A DNA stretch of 64,000 bases from the human T2T-CHM13v2.0 reference genome, Homo sapiens, in NCBI RefSeq assembly GCF_009914755.1, contig NC_060929.1; one strand, written 5' to 3'. Each line of letters begins with the position of its first letter. Position 1 is the first letter of the stretch. Positions 62,773 through 64,000 of the stretch are shown in pieces. Position numbers and translations under genes: made by a program. The notes beneath the pieces are model-generated. The model was not told the DNA's origin. It saw only the letters and a program-made list of their open reading frames with translations, and made no database searches.

Positions 62773-63315
62773 TAGCAATCTCATTTACATGAGATAAAAG
62801 GTTTTCATGCCTGCTGGCATAGCTACAGTGATGGCTTCATGAATTTTCTTTTCTTTTCTTTTTTTTTTTTTTCTACAGTAGTCCTATGCTGTGTTCATAT
62901 AGCAAAAAACAACAAGATTTTTCCTGGCACATCACTTGACATGTAACCTGAAAAGAAATTCTTAAATGTTTACACTCACTCTTATCACATCATCATCAAC
63001 TAAGTTAGCCAAAATGTGGTGTGCTTTGTACTGACCACATTAAAGTAATGGTAGGAAAACCCATGAGAAAATCAACTTTAATATGAAAATGGGAGTGAGG
63101 TACTTTCTAGAATTATTGGACATGACTAGTAGGGAGCAAGTTCCAATTTATCCTTCTGCATTGTAAAAATTTTTAGCTGATCCAAGACAAACAAAAATCT
63201 TTTAATCCCCCATGGAGAAAAAAAGAAAAGAAGATAGGTATGGTAATTTAAACTGTATAAACTAATTATCTGTCAAATATAAACATGATGCATTAGCTTG
63301 CACAGTCTTGCTTAC

Positions 63316-63394
63316 ATTTTTAATATCCAGAGTAAGTTCAATTTGGCCACAAGGCTACCACGATGTCACTTCCAGGTAAAGCGGCAGCAAAGAC
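63316..63394 (-). other. Candidate 79-nt non-coding (5' UTR/lncRNA) exon
   Basis: acacttaatttaag|GTCTTTG...AAAAAT|gtaagc; GC-richer than flanks, 2 CpG, stops in all frames. Confidence 0.6.
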
Positions 63395-64000
63395 CTTAAA
63401 TTAAGTGTTTCAATTCATAATACAAAACAAAATCTTAATTTCTTTAAAATTTAAATGTTTCATATGTTTTAGAGGCACTAAGGGATGAGATAATTTTAGA
63501 CATTATTGAACATGTAATATGTTATAAGAGTGTATTTTCCATTGAAAATGAAAATATTAGTTGAGAAATTTGTTAATTGAAACTCCCCAAAGATGTCAAA
63601 TTTCACAAAAATTTACTTTTTGCTTATTTTTAAATATTTTGGACCAGTTTAATTAAAAAATATTTTCCCTACTAGCTTAGAATATCTAAACTACAAAAAT
63701 TAAAACCCTAAAGTGAATTACTGTTTACCCTTATAAATCTGTTTTAACTGATTCAATTCATTGACTCCCTCAACAGAGAGAGTTCTTATGCTCTTATTCT
63801 TGACAGCACCACTATAGTAAAATAAGTACAGTGTCTATCTTCTTATACTTTACTCAAGAAAAAATATGCACAAACTTTTTTCTAGAAATATTTAATGACA
63901 TGATAAATTATTCCTTCTTTAGATTTCTAATTAACTTCCATTATCAGTACAAAAAAATTAAAAGGGCTACACAGGAATCGCAGTTCAACTTTAAAAAGTC

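Noticed and set aside
62843-62878. Strong plus-strand acceptor (T tract-ctacag)
   Set aside because: Low-complexity T run with no convincing donor downstream.

Overview
AT-rich primate (human-like) intronic DNA; no intact protein-coding gene or RNA gene was recognised. Much of it is interspersed repeat: 18 Alus, one full-length but dead L1PA4-like LINE-1 (~50452-56645, +) inserted in an older L1, a complete THE1A MaLR provirus (24833-27118), solo LTRs (THE1D, MLT1, MST, MER68), old L1M, L2, MIR and DNA-transposon relics. The A-rich + strand, the + orientation of most long L1s and several short splice-signal-bounded unique segments suggest a host transcript on the minus strand. The best exon candidates (63394-63316, 39552-39464, 20378-20233) have stops in all three frames, so they look like a multi-exon 5' leader or lncRNA; I could not name the gene. 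Best leads: L1 antisense promoter/ORF0 pointing into those exons, a 17-bp hairpin with strand-specific G-U pairs in unique DNA, uORF-bearing exons, and a complex templated insertion. I found no convincing new biological system. Repeat subfamily names come from recalled consensus sequences, and boundaries of old repeats are approximate.
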